Part shown: in pieces, positions 60,256 to 64,000 of the stretch
Position numbering within the stretch: position 1 is the stretch's first letter
How the letters are laid out: every line of letters begins with the position of its first letter
From: a bacterium
Lineage (GTDB): Bacteria; Bacillota_I; Bacilli_A; RF39; UBA660
NCBI GenBank assembly: GCA_044432745.1
Contig: JAWXUH010000003.1
Span: 27,283 to 91,282, forward strand
Length of the DNA stretch: 64,000 nucleotides
Reading direction: 5' to 3'
Translations under genes and position numbers: made by a program
The notes under the pieces: generated by a model
Database searches by the model: none
Told to the model about the DNA's origin: nothing
What the model saw: the letters and a program-made list of their open reading frames with translations, nothing else

Positions 60256-60381
60256 TTTTCTCACCACGGGTATATTCTACCACAAAAATTCAAAAAAAGT
60301 AGTAAAATGATTAAACAATATTTACCAAAAATAAATCACAAAAAATTACTTAATAAATATATTATTAGAAAAGGAGAAAAA

Positions 60382-61377
60382 ATGAAAAAAAATAGATTAT
60401 TTATAATAACAATTTCAATATTTTTAATATTATTAATTAATTTTTATAATTGTAAACAAAATGAAGTTACAAGTGATGGTTTAATAAATATTAAACTAGC
60501 TGAGGTAACACACTCTATATTTTATACACCACTTTACATTGCACTTGAAAATGGATATTTTATAGAAGAAGGACTAAATGTAGAAATAATATTAACCTCT
60601 GGTGCTGATGCTGTTAGTTCGGCGATATTATCGGGTGATGTTAACATAGGATTAGCAGGAGCTGAGTCTGCAATATATATTTACGAAGCTGGACAAAAAG
60701 ACTATCTTCAAATATTCAGTGGACTAACCAAAAGAGATGGACAATTTATAGTATCTAGAGTTGAAAACAATGAATTTGATTTAGTTGATTTGTATGACAA
60801 AGAAATACTTATAGGAAGAGAAAATGGTATGCCTGCACTAAACTTTATGTATTCACTATACTCACTAGGTATTGATGATAAGAAAATTGATATTAACACT
60901 ACAGTAGATTTTGCAGCATTAACTGGTACATTTATTAGTGGGATTGGTGATTATGTAAATTTATTTGAACCTAATGCAAGTATTATTGAAAATGAAGGGT
61001 ATGGAAAAATTGTAGCTAGTGTTGGTCAAATATCTGGTGAAGTGCCTTATACAACTTTTTACGCTAAAAAAAGTTATTTAGATAATAATAAAGAAACGTT
61101 GATAAAATTTACAAATGCCATTGCTAAAGCACTAAGATATGTAAATCTAACTGACTCATTAATAATAGCAAACGATATAATAAATCAGTTTCCTGATCAA
61201 AAAGTTGAAGATTTAAGCACAATGATAGAAAATTATAAAATATATGACTGCTGGTTAGATAATCCATTTATTACATATGATTCTTTTAATAATTTAGAAA
61301 CATTTCTAATTAAGTATGATTTACTTTCAGATTATACTAACTATGAAAATATAGTTAACAATTTATACGTAAATTAA
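60382..61377 (+). CDS. ABC transporter substrate-binding protein (NMT1/THI5-like, NitT/TauT family)
   Basis: ATG at 60382 follows AAGGAG. Signal peptide with Cys24 (possible lipoprotein). The periplasmic-binding fold pattern resembles SsuA/THI5. Confidence 0.65.
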   Translation: MKKNRLFIITISIFLILLINFYNCKQNEVTSDGLINIKLAEVTHSIFYTPLYIALENGYFIEEGLNVEIILTSGADAVSSAILSGDVNIGLAGAESAIYIYEAGQKDYLQIFSGLTKRDGQFIVSRVENNEFDLVDLYDKEILIGRENGMPALNFMYSLYSLGIDDKKIDINTTVDFAALTGTFISGIGDYVNLFEPNASIIENEGYGKIVASVGQISGEVPYTTFYAKKSYLDNNKETLIKFTNAIAKALRYVNLTDSLIIANDIINQFPDQKVEDLSTMIENYKIYDCWLDNPFITYDSFNNLETFLIKYDLLSDYTNYENIVNNLYVN

Positions 61378-61406
61378 AAAAGAGTTATTTTCTAACTCTT
61401 TTTTTT
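61376..61406. terminator. Bidirectional terminator
   Basis: AAAAAGAGTT-ATTTTCT-AACTCTTTTTT overlapping the ankyrin gene stop. Confidence 0.6.
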
Positions 61407-62128
61407 ATACTATCTAACCTATCCTTAGCTTGACTTAGTTCACTTTGTAAATAATTTTCTGTAAAAATAGTTTCTGGAATTTGATTTTCTTTTATTAAAA
61501 AACTTTTTATCAAATTAATTATATGTTCACCATCTACAGGGTTACGTTCCATTACCTCATTAATAGGTTCCTTACCTTTTAAATTTTTTAAATTTATAAT
61601 ACAACCTGACTCTATTAATAATTTAATTACATCGTACTGATTATGTATTGCTGCTGAGTGTAAAGCAGTATCACCATCTGAACACTGCATATCTAGATTA
61701 GCTCCAAGTAATATTAAATCTTCTACAATTTCTATATATCCATATCTAGATGCCCACATTAAAGCGGTAGATAAAAATGAACTTTGAGCGTTTACTTTTG
61801 CTCCTGCCATAGCTAATGTTGCAAATGTAATATAATAACCTTTCTTTACACTATATATAAATGCAGTTTCGCCATTTTCTCTTCTTACATCTAAATTTGC
61901 TCCAGCTAAAATAAGCTTTTCAATATCACATACTGTATTTGTATTATCTAGCTTTCTGTAAGATTTATTTGTAATTACTTCTAGTATTTTATTTCCTAAA
62001 ATATCTGCTTCCTCCTCAGAAATATCAGTATTTATTCTTTTTTGATATTCAGAAATAGATTCAAAAGAAAAAACATTTCTTTTTAATATTTCATTTCTAA
62101 AATCTTCATATTTTTTTAAATCATTCAT
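61385..62128 (-). CDS. Ankyrin-repeat protein
   Basis: At least four ANK repeats (GANLDVRRENGETAFIYSVKKGY; TALMWASRYGYIEIVEDLILLGANLD; GDTALHSAAIHNQYDVIKLLIESGC). Confidence 0.8.
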   Translation of the reverse strand: MNDLKKYEDFRNEILKRNVFSFESISEYQKRINTDISEEEADILGNKILEVITNKSYRKLDNTNTVCDIEKLILAGANLDVRRENGETAFIYSVKKGYYITFATLAMAGAKVNAQSSFLSTALMWASRYGYIEIVEDLILLGANLDMQCSDGDTALHSAAIHNQYDVIKLLIESGCIINLKNLKGKEPINEVMERNPVDGEHIINLIKSFLIKENQIPETIFTENYLQSELSQAKDRLDSIKKRVRK

Positions 62129-62134
62129 ATAATG

Positions 62135-63955
62135 CTACCTTCTTTTTTTAGTTTGTTCTTTACAAACTTCATTATGATCTAATTTTAAAAATGTATAATC
62201 ATCACATGATTTATTAACAATTAATTTTTCTAATAAAGAATTCAAATCACTTGAAAGTGTATTTGAAGAGATAATAGTTTTATCTAACTTATAAACATTA
62301 TCTTTAAGCAAAGGTAAATCTAAATTAATATTATTAAACACATTTGCTGTTGTTGCAAAGTCATAATAACCAGGTATTTTTTCATTTAAGAATATAATCA
62401 TTCTACATATGTCTTCTATTATTTGAAGCGGTACTACAAAACTATTTACGTAAAATGTTAATTTTTCTTTTTGTTCAACTTTTTCTCTTGCGCAAATTAA
62501 ACTAATATCTCCATACCTACCAATTAAAAAACCATCTTCAAAACATATAGTGTTATTAACAGGTGCATTTGAAATTAATTGATTACAAATTTTTAAAGAA
62601 GCACTTTCATCATAAGATAGTGTAGATATTTCAAAAAACTCATCTTTGAATATGTCTGTTATATTTATACCTCTTTTTATGTAAGCAGTTTCTTCAGGAA
62701 AAGTTCTTAAAAAAGAACTTTCTGATATAACTTCTTCTACTAAATCATTATTGATTTGGAAACAATCAGGTTTATTGTTTAAATCATTGTGTGCAGTTTC
62801 AATTCTTTTGAATTTTTCTTCATATTCTTCTATTAAAGAAGTAGCGTCTTCTATTAATGATGTTGCCTCTTCCATTAGTTCGTTATATTTAATTTCTGAT
62901 AATTCTAAATTTTTATGTTCATTTTTAAATATAGTTTTTGATATTAACTGCATTAGATCCAATTCATTTTTTTCTTCTTTATTCTTCATCTCTAATATTA
63001 AATCTTTTAAACCTTGATCATTATTCTTACTATTTTTTTCAAGCATAGATTCAAAAGTATGTATATCATCTCTATCTTTAAACATATTTTCAATAATAGT
63101 TCTGTAAACTATATATTGCGGTGCATTAGCATGCTGAACTAATGAATTTGCATCTTCTATTGCTATAAGCATTTCCGAGCATGATGGCAATCTGTTATAT
63201 ATTTCTTTTGAATCGTATGCATTATTATACATTAACGAAACTAGGTTTAATATACCTTTGTCAACCTTTTGAGTTTGAGTTCTATTGGTAATTAATTTTT
63301 CTTCTGCTACCGAATAAAAAATTTCAGGCAACATATAATCTAGTCTTATAATTCTAATTCTTCTACTTAGAGGACCCGATAAAGTTTCTCTAACATCATT
63401 TTTACATAGTATAACTTGAAGATTGTTTTTATATTCATTTTTTACTTCAATATCCCCATGCTGAGTACTATTTATTTTACCTGATTGTAAAAATTGAAGT
63501 AAAAAAGCATCAGTTTCTTCTCTTGCCTTATCATATTCATCAATAAATAAAATTACCTTCTTACCACTATTAACATAATTAATAGCTTGAATTAATTTTC
63601 CAGGTATATTTACATTATCTGCATCTCCTCTTATAGCTGCCGATATATTTATGTCTTCAAATAATTCACTCTTACCGGTAGTAGCATCACACTGGTAATC
63701 AACAAATTCTACTTCTTCAGACCATAACTCTTTTACAATTTTAGTGTAAACTTTTGCATATTCAGTTTTACCTGCTCCAGGGGGTCCCTCTAAACAAACA
63801 GCGTAAATATCCTGAGCTACACTATTTTTTGTATTATTAAAATTTAGTAATGCTGTAAATGTATTATATTGTAATTCCTCCGTAGCAGTATAACCAAATT
63901 TTTTCATATGATTATTTATTTCTTCTATACTTAAACTTTTTTTATCTTTATCCAT
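62135..63955 (-). CDS. AAA+ ATPase (MoxR/AAA_5-like core) with a long uncharacterised C-terminal region
   Basis: Walker A GPPGAGKT, Walker B ILFIDEYDKA, an arginine region LSRRIRII, an internal EEATSLIEDATSLIEE duplication, and about 250 aa of C-terminus with no motif. Confidence 0.75.
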   Translation of the reverse strand: MDKDKKSLSIEEINNHMKKFGYTATEELQYNTFTALLNFNNTKNSVAQDIYAVCLEGPPGAGKTEYAKVYTKIVKELWSEEVEFVDYQCDATTGKSELFEDINISAAIRGDADNVNIPGKLIQAINYVNSGKKVILFIDEYDKAREETDAFLLQFLQSGKINSTQHGDIEVKNEYKNNLQVILCKNDVRETLSGPLSRRIRIIRLDYMLPEIFYSVAEEKLITNRTQTQKVDKGILNLVSLMYNNAYDSKEIYNRLPSCSEMLIAIEDANSLVQHANAPQYIVYRTIIENMFKDRDDIHTFESMLEKNSKNNDQGLKDLILEMKNKEEKNELDLMQLISKTIFKNEHKNLELSEIKYNELMEEATSLIEDATSLIEEYEEKFKRIETAHNDLNNKPDCFQINNDLVEEVISESSFLRTFPEETAYIKRGINITDIFKDEFFEISTLSYDESASLKICNQLISNAPVNNTICFEDGFLIGRYGDISLICAREKVEQKEKLTFYVNSFVVPLQIIEDICRMIIFLNEKIPGYYDFATTANVFNNINLDLPLLKDNVYKLDKTIISSNTLSSDLNSLLEKLIVNKSCDDYTFLKLDHNEVCKEQTKKRR

Positions 63956-64000
63956 TATATGAATCTCCTTTATATTTTTTTCTAAATAACGTTTAGTAAC

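Noticed and set aside
60268-60381. Possible TPP or other riboswitch ahead of the THI5/NMT1-like binding protein. The long upstream extension of the ORF from 60307 was also considered.
   Set aside because: No CUGAGA/ACCUGA TPP core or comparable structure is visible. The extension lacks an SD, whereas ATG 60382 has AAGGAG and begins a signal peptide.

Overview
The window is very AT-rich, uses the standard genetic code (uvrA, ligA, pcrA and the NRPS are all intact), and most genes lie on the minus strand. It looks like a low-GC Bacillota chromosome with a cell wall, since murF, an LCP ligase, LtaS, sortase B and lgt are all present.

Housekeeping blocks:
- lemA-DUF2207 and argS
- rlmB-sigH-secE-nusG and rluB
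- a Thr T-box leader, then an unknown ORF, then thrS
- pcrA-ligA
- LtaS, a membrane protein and an LCP ligase
- one tRNA-Gly(GCC)
- lgt-trxB-cysS-Zn peptidase-nitroreductase
- murF and uvrA

Accessory regions:
1. 28.5-35.5 kb lies next to tRNA-Gly and holds mostly unknown genes. It is partitioned by three diverged copies of the tRNA 3' flank plus its terminator.
2. 36.4-48 kb holds a one-module NRPS (C-A-T-R), an Sfp-type PPTase, a hybrid histidine kinase and an XRE regulator. Facing them divergently are a Spo0A_C-type response regulator, a stand-alone 13-codon ORF with its own SD and terminator, a multi-TM GHKL kinase and a transglutaminase-fold protein.
3. An AAA+ ATPase and ankyrin-repeat gene pair runs into the right edge.

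The most interesting candidate is the peptide-signalling-like cassette beside the reductase-terminated NRPS. All calls rest on reading the sequence by eye and on motifs recalled from memory. No searches were run.
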